From the NCBI GenBank assembly GCA_016700375.1, contig CP065016.1:120001-152000 (forward strand): a stretch of DNA of 32,000 nucleotides, written 5' to 3'. Origin of the DNA: Candidatus Saccharimonadota bacterium. Lineage in GTDB: Bacteria > Patescibacteriota > Saccharimonadia > Saccharimonadales > UBA4665. The position numbers and the translations under genes are program-made. Shown piece by piece: positions 1 to 10,500 of this stretch. The stretch's first letter is position 1. Every line of letters begins with the position of its first letter. Below the pieces are notes generated by a model. That model saw only the letters and a program-made list of their open reading frames with translations, searched no databases and was not told where the DNA came from.

Positions 1-2
1 AA

Positions 3-1178
3 GTCAAACTCGCGGGCTTCCGCAAAGGACACGCACCGGCTGCCATGGTCGAAAAGGTTGTTGACCAGCAGTTGTTGCAAAACAAGGTGATTGACCATGT
101 GGTGAATGAACTCTACACTGCCGGGTTGGAGCAGGAAAAACTGCGACCAGTTGCCCAACCCGAGGTAAGCCTGACGAAGTTTGTACCATTTACTACCTTA
201 GAGATGAACGCGACTGTTGAGGTAGTGGGTGAGGTGAAATTACCCGACTATAAGAAATTTAAGGTCGAGAAAAAGGTTGCAGCGGTAACGGACGCAGAAA
301 TAGAGGCCGTAGTCGATGACTTGTTGGCACGCAGTGCGACGAAAAATGAAGTAAAACGCGCAGCCGCAGACGGCGATGAAGTTACTATAGACTTTGCAGG
401 CGTGGATGCGAAATCTCAGGAAGAAATTGAGGGTGCCAAGGGCGAAGACTATCCGCTTGTGCTCGGGAGCAACACCTTTATACCGGGCTTTGAACCAGAG
501 CTGCTCGGTCTCAAGGCTGGTGATGCTAAAACATTTGACGTAACGTTTCCAAAAGATTACGGTGCAGCGCAGCTTCAAAATAAAAAAGTAACCTTTACTG
601 TCACCGTAAAACTCGTAAAAGAACGCGTTTTGCCCAAACTAGATGCGGCGTTTGCGGCAAGTGTCGGGCCATTTAAGAGTGTTGCCGAACTGCGAACCGA
701 TATTCGGAAGCAAATGGGTGCCGAAAAGGAACGAGAAGCGCAGGCGAAGCTCGAGAGCGATGTGCTTGAACAGCTTGGGCAAAAAGCCCAGATCGCTATG
801 CCAGATAGTCTTGTCGAACAAGAAATTGACCGAATGGATGAGGAAGAAAAGCGCAACCTCATGTACCGTGGCCAGACATGGCAAGAACACTTGAAGGCCG
901 AGGGTAAAACCGAAGAAGAACACCGTGAAAGCCACCGCGAACAAGCCGCACTGCGGGTAAAAACCGGCATTGCGCTCGGCGAAGTTGCCGAAAAGGAAGG
1001 TGTACGGGTAAGCCAAGAGGAGTTTGATGCCCGCCTGAGCGAGCTCAAAAAGCAATACACCGACCAGCAAATGCTCACCGAGCTTGAAAAACCCGAAAAC
1101 AAACGAGATATATTGAGCCGCATGCTCACCGAAAAAACCATCGCCACCCTTGTGAGCTACACGGTAAAGAAGAATTAA
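3..1178 (+). CDS. tig: Trigger factor (5' end cut by window edge)
   Basis: The frame is open from nt 3 (..FRKGHAPAAMVEK..), so the gene starts upstream of the window. It has an FKBP-type PPIase core (DGDEVTIDFAGV..FIPGFEPELLGLKAGD) and a long C-terminal helical arm. clpP lies downstream, a common arrangement. Confidence 0.9.
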   Translation, partial: VKLAGFRKGHAPAAMVEKVVDQQLLQNKVIDHVVNELYTAGLEQEKLRPVAQPEVSLTKFVPFTTLEMNATVEVVGEVKLPDYKKFKVEKKVAAVTDAEIEAVVDDLLARSATKNEVKRAAADGDEVTIDFAGVDAKSQEEIEGAKGEDYPLVLGSNTFIPGFEPELLGLKAGDAKTFDVTFPKDYGAAQLQNKKVTFTVTVKLVKERVLPKLDAAFAASVGPFKSVAELRTDIRKQMGAEKEREAQAKLESDVLEQLGQKAQIAMPDSLVEQEIDRMDEEEKRNLMYRGQTWQEHLKAEGKTEEEHRESHREQAALRVKTGIALGEVAEKEGVRVSQEEFDARLSELKKQYTDQQMLTELEKPENKRDILSRMLTEKTIATLVSYTVKKN

Positions 1179-1485
1179 CATTTCATTTCACGAACAGTTA
1201 CCCGTGCCACCCATAGATACAAGTCACGAGCTCATTCCAACGGCCATCAGGAAGGTAAGGGATTGTATTCGGGGATTTCCATGGATTAAGGGTCTATCTG
1301 GATTTGTGGATTACGGTAATGTCGCAGGTTTTGCCCCTGATACGACTAATCCATCTTCTGAAACTGTTCCCCAGTCTTAGACCTCATAACACAAGGGCAA
1401 TTGAAATTATGTATTGACTTATCCCCGCAGAAACCATGGGCATAAAGGTATGGACTAAAGAAAGCAAGTATGTTATAATCATAAT

Positions 1486-1674
1486 ATGGATATAGGCGTC
1501 GAAAAAAGTTTGAGTGGTATAGTCAGAACACATGATGTATTAAGGGGATTTGTAGGTAGTGTCTTAACTTCTATGCTCAAAGGTTACGAACTAAAATGGC
1601 CTGATTGCGTCCCCACAGGCGATAGTAATACGTACGGCTCTTTACCGGCTGAGTCCAGGGTAGAGATTACATAA
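1486..1674 (+). CDS. Hypothetical 62-aa protein, apparently leaderless
   Basis: An extended -10 TGtTATAAT (1471-1479) ends 6 nt before the ATG. The hairpin GCACTCT-N7-AGAGTGC (1686-1706) follows the stop. No family was recognised. Confidence 0.35.
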   Translation: MDIGVEKSLSGIVRTHDVLRGFVGSVLTSMLKGYELKWPDCVPTGDSNTYGSLPAESRVEIT

Positions 1675-1785
1675 ACGATAAGTTGGCACTCTTGACTTGA
1701 GAGTGCTAATTTGGCTATACTTAACAGGTAACGATTAATCCCAGGTGAAATTAATCTGGGGTCACAGTATGAAATGAGGTGAAAC

Positions 1786-2379
1786 ATGAGCGTGCTAGTC
1801 CCAACAGTTATTGAAAGTGAGGGCCGGTATGAGCGGGCTTACGATATATATAGCCGGCTACTGAAAGATAGAATTATATTCATTGGCAGCGAAATAAACG
1901 AAACGACGGCAAATCTGATTGTGGCGCAACTGCTTTTCCTACAAGCGGAAGATGCTAAGAAAGACATATTCCTCTACATAAACAGCCCGGGTGGCAGCGT
2001 GTATGACGCCCTAGCCATATACGACACTATGCACTACATAGCCAACGACGTGCAGACGTTTGGCATTGGTGTACAAGCTTCTGCGGCTGCGTTTCTTCTG
2101 AGCAGCGGTACAAAAGGCAAGCGTTTCTTGCTACCAAACGCCACTGTCATGATTCATCAGCCATCGAGCGGTACGCGCGGTAAGGTAACCGACCAAGAAA
2201 TTGACCTCCGCGAATCGCTCCGTGTGAAAAAACTACTTGAAGAGATAATGGCCAATAACACCGGCCAAAAGCTAGAAAAAATCCACGAAGACATGGAGCG
2301 CGACCGCTGGATGACCGCCAATGAAGCTGCCAAATACGGTCTGGTCGACACGGTTCTTGCGGTCATTCCAAAACAATAG
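1786..2379 (+). CDS. clpP: ATP-dependent Clp protease proteolytic subunit
   Basis: It has the typical ClpP sequence ([34 protein letters not shown]). The SD GAGGTG lies 5 nt upstream of the ATG. Confidence 0.95.
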   Translation: MSVLVPTVIESEGRYERAYDIYSRLLKDRIIFIGSEINETTANLIVAQLLFLQAEDAKKDIFLYINSPGGSVYDALAIYDTMHYIANDVQTFGIGVQASAAAFLLSSGTKGKRFLLPNATVMIHQPSSGTRGKVTDQEIDLRESLRVKKLLEEIMANNTGQKLEKIHEDMERDRWMTANEAAKYGLVDTVLAVIPKQ

Positions 2380-2403
2380 CCACCAGAGAAATTACAACGT
2401 ATA

Positions 2404-3297
2404 ATGCTGGGCATGTGGTTTGCTTTGGCGCTCTTAGCGCTGTGCATGTTGGTCGTTCGGCGTTCGGTGGAAAAGGGGCTTACCAAGAACATCGATAGCT
2501 TGGCTCTGACGTGGATGCAGCAGGCTTTTGCGTTACCGTTTATTGCTGTAAGTCTTGTGCTCATGCCATTTTACTGGCCGCAGGAGCTTTCTGGGCATTT
2601 TTGGTTTTGGACTAGTCTATATGCGGTGTGCGGGGCGTTGGATTTATTTTTGTACTTTAAAGCGCTCAGCCTTGCCGATGTATCTCATGTTGCTCCGCTC
2701 ATTTCGCTGACCGGTATAGGCGTGATTGCTGGCTCGGTGGTTATACTGCACCAGCAGCCTACTATAGTCGGCATAACGGGCGCCGTGCTGATAGTTATTG
2801 GTGCGACGGTTGTTCATAGGGATAAACAAAAACATACCCAAGTTCGACGTCAAAATACCGTGGCATTGTGGCTCATACTGGGTGTGGTTGTCCTGCGAGC
2901 AATTTATGGCAATACAGAACTTTTCCCGCTTCGGGAGGCGAATGCGACGACGTTTAATCTGTATTCTTCGCTACTAACGGTACCGTTGCTGCTCATGCTC
3001 GCAGTACTATTGAAAGCCCGGACAGCAAAAACATACTGGAAGGCGACCTATAAAAATATTAAATTGTACCTCTGGCCGCTACTTTTTGTCGGACTAACCT
3101 ACACGGTGAACCTAACTGCAACGTACCAGGCAAAACTACTAGCTCCTACGGTAGGCTATGTTACTTCGGTAAAAAGCGCTCAGGTAGTACCAATGATGCT
3201 CATAGGCGCATGGCTATTCCGCGAAAAAGTCAGCCGTAAGCAGTGGTATGGGGTTGGACTCATCAGTGTCGGTTTGCCGCTACTGAGTTTTGGGTAA
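2404..3297 (+). CDS. EamA/DMT-family membrane transporter
   Basis: The 297-aa product is very hydrophobic with about 10 predicted helices in two EamA-like halves. The start is either 2404 or the in-frame ATG at 2413, which sits 7 nt after TATAAT (2400-2405). Confidence 0.7.
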   Translation: MLGMWFALALLALCMLVVRRSVEKGLTKNIDSLALTWMQQAFALPFIAVSLVLMPFYWPQELSGHFWFWTSLYAVCGALDLFLYFKALSLADVSHVAPLISLTGIGVIAGSVVILHQQPTIVGITGAVLIVIGATVVHRDKQKHTQVRRQNTVALWLILGVVVLRAIYGNTELFPLREANATTFNLYSSLLTVPLLLMLAVLLKARTAKTYWKATYKNIKLYLWPLLFVGLTYTVNLTATYQAKLLAPTVGYVTSVKSAQVVPMMLIGAWLFREKVSRKQWYGVGLISVGLPLLSFG

Positions 3298-3324
3298 TGG
3301 CTTGGTTGGAGTATAATTCAGTGT

Positions 3325-3703
3325 ATGAGCGAAGACGAATTCTCAAAACTATTTCGGTATGTTAGTGAACAATTTGAGACCGTCAATCGCAAGCTTGACG
3401 AGAAAGCATCGCAGCATAGTCTTGATTCACTCACAAATGCAATCGATAGTTTCATAAAACGTCTTGATAGCCATGACACAAATATGGCGGCGCGCGATAG
3501 TCAATTTGAGCGAACCTGAATCTCAAAACCCTTCCTGCTATACCGTGCTGTCATCCCAGCGCAGGCTGGGATCCAGAAATATATACTGGATTCCCGCCTT
3601 CGCGGGAATGACACTTTGGAGGTTTTGAGATTCAGTTGAGCGATTACTAGAATGGGCTCGCAAGGTTTCAGCAAAGACCGGTATCCCACTCGAAAATCTG
3701 TGA
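3325..3703 (+). pseudogene. Small coiled-coil protein gene (paralog of 19687 and 21630) interrupted by a palindromic insert
   Basis: The ORF 3325-3513 (..DSQFER) runs into the insert and stops at 3517-3519. Removing 3514-3643 joins it in frame to 3644-3703 (LLEWARKVSAKTGIPLENL*). That restored tail matches the C-termini of the paralogs (VDRLERWIQQVAQVTGVQLQY*, MEKWIFQIADKLDLKLNYE*). TATAAT (3312-3317) lies 7 nt before the ATG. Confidence 0.7.
3514..3635. mobile_element. MITE-like palindromic element (122 bp) with 8-bp target-site duplication
   Basis: It has perfect 15-bp terminal inverted repeats: CTGAATCTCAAAACC (3516-3530) and GGTTTTGAGATTCAG (3621-3635). The direct repeats TTGAGCGA at 3506-3513 and 3636-3643 flank it. 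The core carries two GC-rich hairpins (ATCCCAGC-gcag-GCTGGGAT and ATTCCCGC-cttc-GCGGGAAT) bounded by TGTCATCC..GGAATGACA. Confidence 0.65.
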
Positions 3704-4014
3704 GGTTTATCACTGCAAACTATTGACTCTAAGCGGACAACTCTGTACGCTATATGGTAAGAAGTAGTGTAAGATGGGCTGTGCTGGCTTAGGCGCCAAA
3801 CCAGTTAAGCACCAAAACCTCCCACTTAGGTAGCTTCACGAAAAGTAGTTGGTTGGTAGTAGTCAACAGGTAGGGCTGTGGACGGTAGTAGCCAATGAAA
3901 ACGTCGTATATGTGCGAAGTGACGTCGCACTGTTATTACTAATACTCGGAGTTGGCCACCCCTATAGCCAACTACGAGCCACTAACGACAACCCTTAAAG
4001 GAGCTCACGCGCGT

Positions 4015-7000
4015 ATGGCAAAAGCATTAACTGCTACCAAAACAACACGCGTCTACCTCACAGATGGCAGCCACGACACCGGTCTTTCGCTGCCAAACCT
4101 GGTAGACCACCAAAATAAATCATTTCAGTGGCTGGTAGACGAGGGGCTCGGTGAACTACTGGCCGAAATCAGCCCGGTTGATGACTATACTGGTACAAAG
4201 TTGAGCCTTGTTTTCAAGCAGTACCATTTTGAAGACCCAAAGCTAACGGAAGCCGAAGCCCGGGAAAACAACGTGAGCTACGAAGCTCCCCTGAAGGCCA
4301 CTGTGGAGCTAACAAACAAAGTCACCGGCGAAGTTAAAGAACAAGAAATTTACCTTGGTGACTACCCATGGATGACGCGCCGCGGAACGTTCATTATCAA
4401 CGGTGCAGAACGTGTTGTAGTGAGCCAGCTGATTCGCTCAGCTGGTGTTTTTTATACCGCTGAACTCCATGGTACACGCAGCCTGTACAGCGCAAAGGTT
4501 ATTCCTGGTCGTGGTGCATGGCTCGAATTTGAGACGGCAGCCAATGGTGCCCTGTACGTCAAAATTGACCGCAAGCGCAAAATTCCGGTTACCACGCTGC
4601 TACGTGCACTTGGTATGACCGAGGCCAGCATGAAAGAGGCATTCAAACACGTTGACCAAGCTAAGGACAGTTTCTTGCAGTCGACGCTCGACAAAGACCC
4701 AAGCAAAGGCCACGCTGAAGCACTCATAGAAGTGTATCGCCGTCTCCGACCGGGCGACCTCGCTACGGTAGATAACGCACGCAGTTTGCTCGAAAACATG
4801 TTCTACAACTTCAAGCGTTTTGACTTTTCGCGCGTTGGTCGCTACAAAATTAACCAGCGGCTCGGGCTTGATGTGGCAAACACGGCCGAGAACCGGATTA
4901 TGCGCCTCGAAGACCTCGTTGCCATAGTCGCGGAACTCATCCGCATGAATGTAACCCAAGAACCGGGTGATGACATAGACTCCCTTAGCAACCGCCGAAT
5001 AAAGATGGTAGGCGAGCTGGTGCAGCGCCAATTCCGCATTGGCCTTCTTCGTATGGTTCGCAACACCCAAGACCGCATGTCTATGAGCGAAATTGAAACC
5101 GTACAGCCGGGTCAGCTTATAAATGCACGGCCAGTAGTAGCCGCCGTACGCGAGTTCTTCGCAAGCTCACAGCTCAGTCAGTTTATGGACCAGATTAACC
5201 CGCTCAGTGAGCTGGCGCACAAACGACGCCTCAGTTCGATGGGTCCGGGTGGACTCAGCCGAGAGCGCGCTGGTTTTGAGGTGCGCGACGCACACGCAAC
5301 CCACTACGGGCGCATTTGTGCTGTAGAAACACCAGAAGGTGCCAACGTGGGCCTGGTGCTTAACCTCGCGAATTTTGCCCGTATAAACGACTATGGTTTC
5401 ATAGAAACTCCGTACCGCAAGGTGGTTAAGGGGAAAGTCACCGACGAAATTGTCTACCTGGACGCCGCAGCCGAAGAACATGCAGTTATTGCTGGCGCCG
5501 GTGTGCCAACCGATAAAAATGGCACATTTGTAGAAGCACGCGTCAGCGCTCGCGCTGGCCTGAAGTCAGCAACTGTCGACCGCAACGATGTCACTCACGT
5601 CGATGCCGCGCAGAACCAGATTATTGGCTCTAGTGCCGGGCTTATTCCATTCATAGAGAAAAACTACGTGTACCGGGCACTCATGGGTAGTAACCAACAG
5701 CGTCAGGCGGTACCACTAATTGCCCCGCAGAGCCCTGTTGTTGGAACGGGCGTTGAAGCAGCTGCTGCTGCAAACACAGGACAGCTCGTGGTCGCCGAGG
5801 CGGCCGGTGAAGTCGTGAAAGCAAATGCCGACCAAGTGGTTGTGAAATACAAGGACGGCAATGTCACCTACGACGCGCTTCACTTTGTTCGCAGCAACGA
5901 AGGCACCAGCATAAACCAACACGTGGTTGTTTCTACAGGAGACAAAGTAAAAGCCGGCGATGCACTCATAGAGGGCATGAGCATCCAGGGCGGCGAACTC
6001 GCGCTTGGCAAAGACCTGCTCGTCGCATTTATGCCATGGGCTGGCTACAACTTCGAAGACGCTATCATCATTAGCCGCAAACTGGTTGAAGACGACACGC
6101 TTACAAGCGTACACATCGTGGACTACATGATTGAAGTTCGTGAAACCAAGCTTGGTCCAGAGATTGTCACCCGTGATATTCCAAATGTTTCAGAAGATGC
6201 CCTTCGGCACCTCGACGATGACGGTATTGTGCGTATAGGCGCCGAGGTCCACCCGGGTGATATCCTCGTCGGTAAAATTACGCCAAAAGGCGAACAAGAG
6301 CTGAGCAGTGAAGAACGCCTACTACGGGCTATCTTCGGTGAAAAAGCCAAAGAAGTTCGCGATACGTCACAGCGCATGAGCAACGGAAAACACGGTAAGG
6401 TCGTGGGCGTGAAAGTGTTTAGCCGTGAAAACGGTCACGAGCTGAAGGCTGGTGTGCTGATGCAGATTCAAGTTTTTGTTGCCCAAATGCGTAAGATTAG
6501 CGTTGGCGACAAACTCGGAGGTCGGCACGGAAACAAGGGTGTAATTGCCCGTATTCTGCCCGTCGAAGACATGCCGTTCATGGAAGACGGAACGCCGGTA
6601 GATATTGTACTGAACCCGCTCGGTGTGCCGAGTCGTATGAACATTGGACAGCTGTTTGAAACACACCTTGGTATGGCTGCTCGTGCTCTTGGCATGAAAG
6701 TCGCTAGCCCAAGCTTTAACGGTGTGCCAATGAGTAAAATCCGAGACATGCTGAAAGAAGCTGGCTTCCCGGAAGATGGCAAGCAACAGCTGTATGATGG
6801 CCGCACCGGCGGCGCCTACAAAGAACGCACCACGGTCGGTAGCATGTACATGATTAAGCTCAATCATATGGTTGCAGATAAAATTCACGCTCGCTCGACC
6901 GGACCATACACTATGGTTACGCAGCAACCACTCGGTGGTAAGGCTCAGAATGGCGGTCAGCGCTTTGGCGAAATGGAGGTGTGGGCACTGGAGGCGTACG

Positions 7001-7437
7001 GCGCAGCCAATACACTGCAGGAAATGCTTACCATTAAGTCCGATGATGTCTATGGTCGTAGCAAAGCCTACGAAGCTATCATCAAAAAGACCGAGATTGT
7101 TGGGCCAAAGGTTCCAGAAAGCTTTAACGTGCTCGTGAAAGAGCTACAGGGTCTTGGTCTAAAGGTTGACCTCGTTGCTTCTGACCAAGTAATTGACGCC
7201 GAAGCGGTACTGGCTACAAACATCCACGAAGAAGCAACGCACCCCGCAAAGGTTGAGGCGCCGACATCACTCATATCTGACGTGGATGTCACCAGCGAAG
7301 AAGCTGCATCACAAGGCTTTGAGTTTGAAGATGGCGACGGCAATCCCATTGTGACCGACTTTGACGAGGAAAATACAAGCCTCGTTGCAGCCACGACAGA
7401 CGATGATATTACCGACGAAGAAGGGGAGGAGGCTTAG
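4015..7437 (+). CDS. rpoB: DNA-directed RNA polymerase subunit beta
   Basis: Homology is unambiguous along the whole length (..GPGGLSRERAGFEVRDAHATHYGRICAVETPEG.., ..GGRHGNKGVIARILP..). The start is placed at ATG 4015, 11 nt after AAAGGAG. An in-frame TTG at 3952 is the alternative. Confidence 0.93.
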   Translation: MAKALTATKTTRVYLTDGSHDTGLSLPNLVDHQNKSFQWLVDEGLGELLAEISPVDDYTGTKLSLVFKQYHFEDPKLTEAEARENNVSYEAPLKATVELTNKVTGEVKEQEIYLGDYPWMTRRGTFIINGAERVVVSQLIRSAGVFYTAELHGTRSLYSAKVIPGRGAWLEFETAANGALYVKIDRKRKIPVTTLLRALGMTEASMKEAFKHVDQAKDSFLQSTLDKDPSKGHAEALIEVYRRLRPGDLATVDNARSLLENMFYNFKRFDFSRVGRYKINQRLGLDVANTAENRIMRLEDLVAIVAELIRMNVTQEPGDDIDSLSNRRIKMVGELVQRQFRIGLLRMVRNTQDRMSMSEIETVQPGQLINARPVVAAVREFFASSQLSQFMDQINPLSELAHKRRLSSMGPGGLSRERAGFEVRDAHATHYGRICAVETPEGANVGLVLNLANFARINDYGFIETPYRKVVKGKVTDEIVYLDAAAEEHAVIAGAGVPTDKNGTFVEARVSARAGLKSATVDRNDVTHVDAAQNQIIGSSAGLIPFIEKNYVYRALMGSNQQRQAVPLIAPQSPVVGTGVEAAAAANTGQLVVAEAAGEVVKANADQVVVKYKDGNVTYDALHFVRSNEGTSINQHVVVSTGDKVKAGDALIEGMSIQGGELALGKDLLVAFMPWAGYNFEDAIIISRKLVEDDTLTSVHIVDYMIEVRETKLGPEIVTRDIPNVSEDALRHLDDDGIVRIGAEVHPGDILVGKITPKGEQELSSEERLLRAIFGEKAKEVRDTSQRMSNGKHGKVVGVKVFSRENGHELKAGVLMQIQVFVAQMRKISVGDKLGGRHGNKGVIARILPVEDMPFMEDGTPVDIVLNPLGVPSRMNIGQLFETHLGMAARALGMKVASPSFNGVPMSKIRDMLKEAGFPEDGKQQLYDGRTGGAYKERTTVGSMYMIKLNHMVADKIHARSTGPYTMVTQQPLGGKAQNGGQRFGEMEVWALEAYGAANTLQEMLTIKSDDVYGRSKAYEAIIKKTEIVGPKVPESFNVLVKELQGLGLKVDLVASDQVIDAEAVLATNIHEEATHPAKVEAPTSLISDVDVTSEEAASQGFEFEDGDGNPIVTDFDEENTSLVAATTDDDITDEEGEEA

Positions 7438-7442
7438 TCGCT

Positions 7443-7595
7443 ATGCTCCAATTACCAATTACCAATTACCAATTACCAATGAATTATCAATTTTCAGTTA
7501 CCAATGAAGCTGCAAATGCCACATCGCTACAAGCTAATGTATTGAAAATTGAAAATTGTAAACTGCAAATTGCAGCGACTGAAAGGAGTGTCTAA
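7443..7595 (+). CDS. Spacer-spanning mini-ORF A (50 aa) in the rpoB-rpoC heptamer-repeat spacer
   Basis: The product is MLQLPITNYQLPMNYQFSVTNEAANATSLQANVLKIENCKLQIAATERSV*. This is the only stop-free frame of the spacer. The ATG lies 5 nt after the rpoB TAG, with the SD GGGGAGGAGG inside the rpoB 3' end. The stop TAA overlaps the rpoC ATG (TAATG, 7593-7597). Repeat units are (CCAATTA)x4 at 7448-7475 and an ATTGAAA-type array at 7541-7575. Confidence 0.5.
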   Translation: MLQLPITNYQLPMNYQFSVTNEAANATSLQANVLKIENCKLQIAATERSV

Positions 7596-10500
7596 TGCGA
7601 CGCTATTCATACGGCACGAATATTGCAGATTTTGACGCAGTGCGTCTTGCTGTTGCCAGCAGCAAAGATATAGAAGATTGGAGCTACGGCGAGGTCCTGA
7701 AACCAGAGACCATAAACTACCGAACTCAAAAACCGGAACGCGACGGGCTGTTTTGCGAGCGTATATTTGGCCCAGTAAAAGACATAAACCCGCACGACGC
7801 GAAATACAAGGGAGTTCGCTCTCGCGAAGCTGCCGTTGATAAAAACGGTGAACTTGTTACGAGGAGCATCGTGCGCCGTGAACGCATGGGTCATATTAAC
7901 CTGGCCGTGCCGGTGGCTCACATTTGGTTCTTGCGGGGAACCCCAAGTGCCATGGGGCTGTTGCTCGGCATGACAGTAAAGAGTCTCGAGCGTGTCGCAT
8001 ATTTTGCCGCCTATGTCGTAAAAAGCGTTAATGTTGCTGCTCGTGACCAATATCGAGCCGACCAAGAAGCGCAGTGGCAAGCCGGACAGCAGGCAATCAA
8101 ACTTCGCTACGAGAAAGAAGCAGAAACCGAAGGCGCCGACGTGAAGGCGCTTGCTGAAGCCCAGACCAAAGAACTCGAACAGTTTGACAAAGAATGGGAA
8201 CTGCTTCGCAACCAGCTCGACAGCTTAGTCGCATTCAGTCTTATGAATGAGGGCGACTACCGTGCGCTACCCCGTGAGCTACGCGATATGATTACCGTTG
8301 GTATGGGCGGCGCCGCGCTGCGCGAGCTGCTTGAAGGTATTGACCTCGTGAAGCTGATAGCCGATTTGACCACTGAAGCCGAAGAAGCCAAGGGTCAGCG
8401 CAAGAAGAAGCTAATGAAACGACTCCGTTTGCTCGAAAGCATGGAGCGAGCAGGCATAAAGCCAGAAAGCACCTGCCTGTCGGTTCTACCGGTGATACCT
8501 CCGGACCTTCGTCCAATGGTACAGCTCACGGGTGGACGGTTTGCCACCAGTGACCTCAACGATTTGTACCGCCGTGTCATCAACCGCAACAATCGTTTGA
8601 AGAAACTTATTGAGTTGAATGCCCCAGAGGTTATTCGTCGCAACGAACAGCGAATGCTACAGGAAGCGGTCGATGCGCTCATAGACAACAACAATGCTCG
8701 CAGTGGCCGTGCTGTAGCAGCGACTGGTCAACGCCGTCGACTGAAGAGCCTAAGCGATATGCTGAAAGGCAAGCAGGGTCGTTTCCGCCAGAACCTACTT
8801 GGTAAACGCGTAGACTACTCTGGTCGTTCGGTTATTGTTGCCGGTCCAGAGCTTAAAATCAACCAGTGTGGTCTGCCAAAGATGATGGCCCTTGAGCTTT
8901 TCAAGCCCTTTGTTATTGGCGAACTCATTTTCCGAGAACAGGCACATAACATCCGGAGCGCCACGCGCATGATAGAAACTGGCGAGACAGAAGTATGGGA
9001 CGCACTTGACGAAGTCATTACTGGCAAATACGTCTTGCTTAACCGTGCCCCGTCACTGCACCGTCTGAGCATTCAGGCTTTCCAACCGGTACTGATTGAG
9101 GGTCGTGCTATTCAGCTTCACCCGCTTGTATGTAAAGGGTTTAACGCAGACTTCGACGGTGACCAAATGGCTGTCCACTTGCCGTTATCCGATGCGGCAC
9201 AGGCAGAAGCGCGTGACATCATGTCGGCAAACCGTAACCTCCTGAAGCCTGCCGACGGTTCTCCTATTTTGCACATTGAGCAAGATATTGTCCTTGGGTG
9301 TTACTACCTCACCTATGAACGCCCAGGTAAAGAAGTAGCTCCACGAGCATTTTCGAGCCTCAACGAAGCCTCTATGGCATTTGACGCTGGAGTCATAAAG
9401 CTCCAAAGCCGTGTCCTTGTTTCGTTCCGGGGTGAGATGCGCGTGACGACCCTAGGGCGCCTGTCTTTCAACGAAATTTTCCCCGAAGACTTTGCATTCC
9501 AAGATGAAGCCATGACGAAAAAGCGTTTGCAAAAAGTTATGGGCGCGGTTTACGCGCAGTATGGCCAGGAAAAAACGGCAGAAATTGCCGACAACCTCAA
9601 AGACCTTGGCTTCCGCTACGCAACCATGTCTGGCCTAAGCATGGGCATGGACGACTTCGAACCAATTACCGGGCTCGAAGACGTTTTGAAAGAAGGCGAA
9701 ACAAAGAGCGCTGGCATTTCAACCCAGTACGACCAAGGCTTCATTACCGACGATGAGCGACATCGTCTCACCGTAGAAAACTGGACCAAGATTGACACAC
9801 GTGTGCAAAACATGTTGTCAGAGCAGATGAAAGATCAAGACGGTTCTATGGCTATTGCTATTACTTCTGGTGCGCGCGGTAACGTTTCTCAGATGAAAAT
9901 GTCAGTCGGTATGCTTGGCGTGTTCCAAGATGCGGCTGGTAACGTCATTGAGCTTCCCGTGAAAGCCGGGTACATACAAGGCCTAACGCCGCTTGAGTAC
10001 TTTACCGGTACGCGTGGTACCCGTAAGGCGGTTATTGACATTGCCCTCAAGACTGCCGACGCTGGTTACCTAACTCGTCGCCTTGTCGACGTGTCCCAAG
10101 ATGTCTTTACCATAGACGACGACAGCGATGATGCGTCCGACCCAGGGTTTGCCTTGCTTCGCGCCGACGCTGCTGCCATAGGTGTTACCTACGCCTCACG
10201 GCTCGAAGGCCGTTTTGCCGCCGAAGACCTCAAGGGCTATGTCAAGGCCGGAGAGTTGTTTACGAAAGAAGTTGCCGAAGCTATCGACGCCGATGAAAAA
10301 CTCGACGGCGTCAAAATACGAAGCGCGCTGAGTGCCACATCGGTTCATGGCGTTCCGCAAAAGAGCTACGGAGTTGACCCAGCGACGGGCCATTTGGTTA
10401 CCAGCCATAACCCAATAGGTGTTATTGCTGCCCAGAGTATTGGCGAGCCGGGTACGCAGCTAAGCCTCGACAGTAAGCACCGTTCTGGTGCCGTCGTGGC

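Noticed and set aside
575-1181. 190-aa and 180-aa minus-strand ORFs inside tig
   Set aside because: They are antisense to a confidently identified trigger-factor gene. Their composition is Ser/Cys/Arg-rich low complexity, typical of shadow ORFs.
1179-1785. Search for tRNA, tmRNA, SRP RNA, 6S or RNase P RNA in the long intergenic regions (also 11453-11686, 13208-13328 and 20104-20359)
   Set aside because: No T-arm (GTTCGAATC-like) or acceptor pairing, tmRNA ends, or SRP domain IV motif was seen by eye. Without a covariance-model scan this is only a weak negative.
3501-3713. 70-aa minus-strand ORF (..SFPRRRESSIYFWIPACAGMT..)
   Set aside because: It reads straight through the palindromic MITE-like element. 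The peptide is the typical artefact of translating GC-rich hairpin repeats, and it overlaps the interrupted + strand gene.
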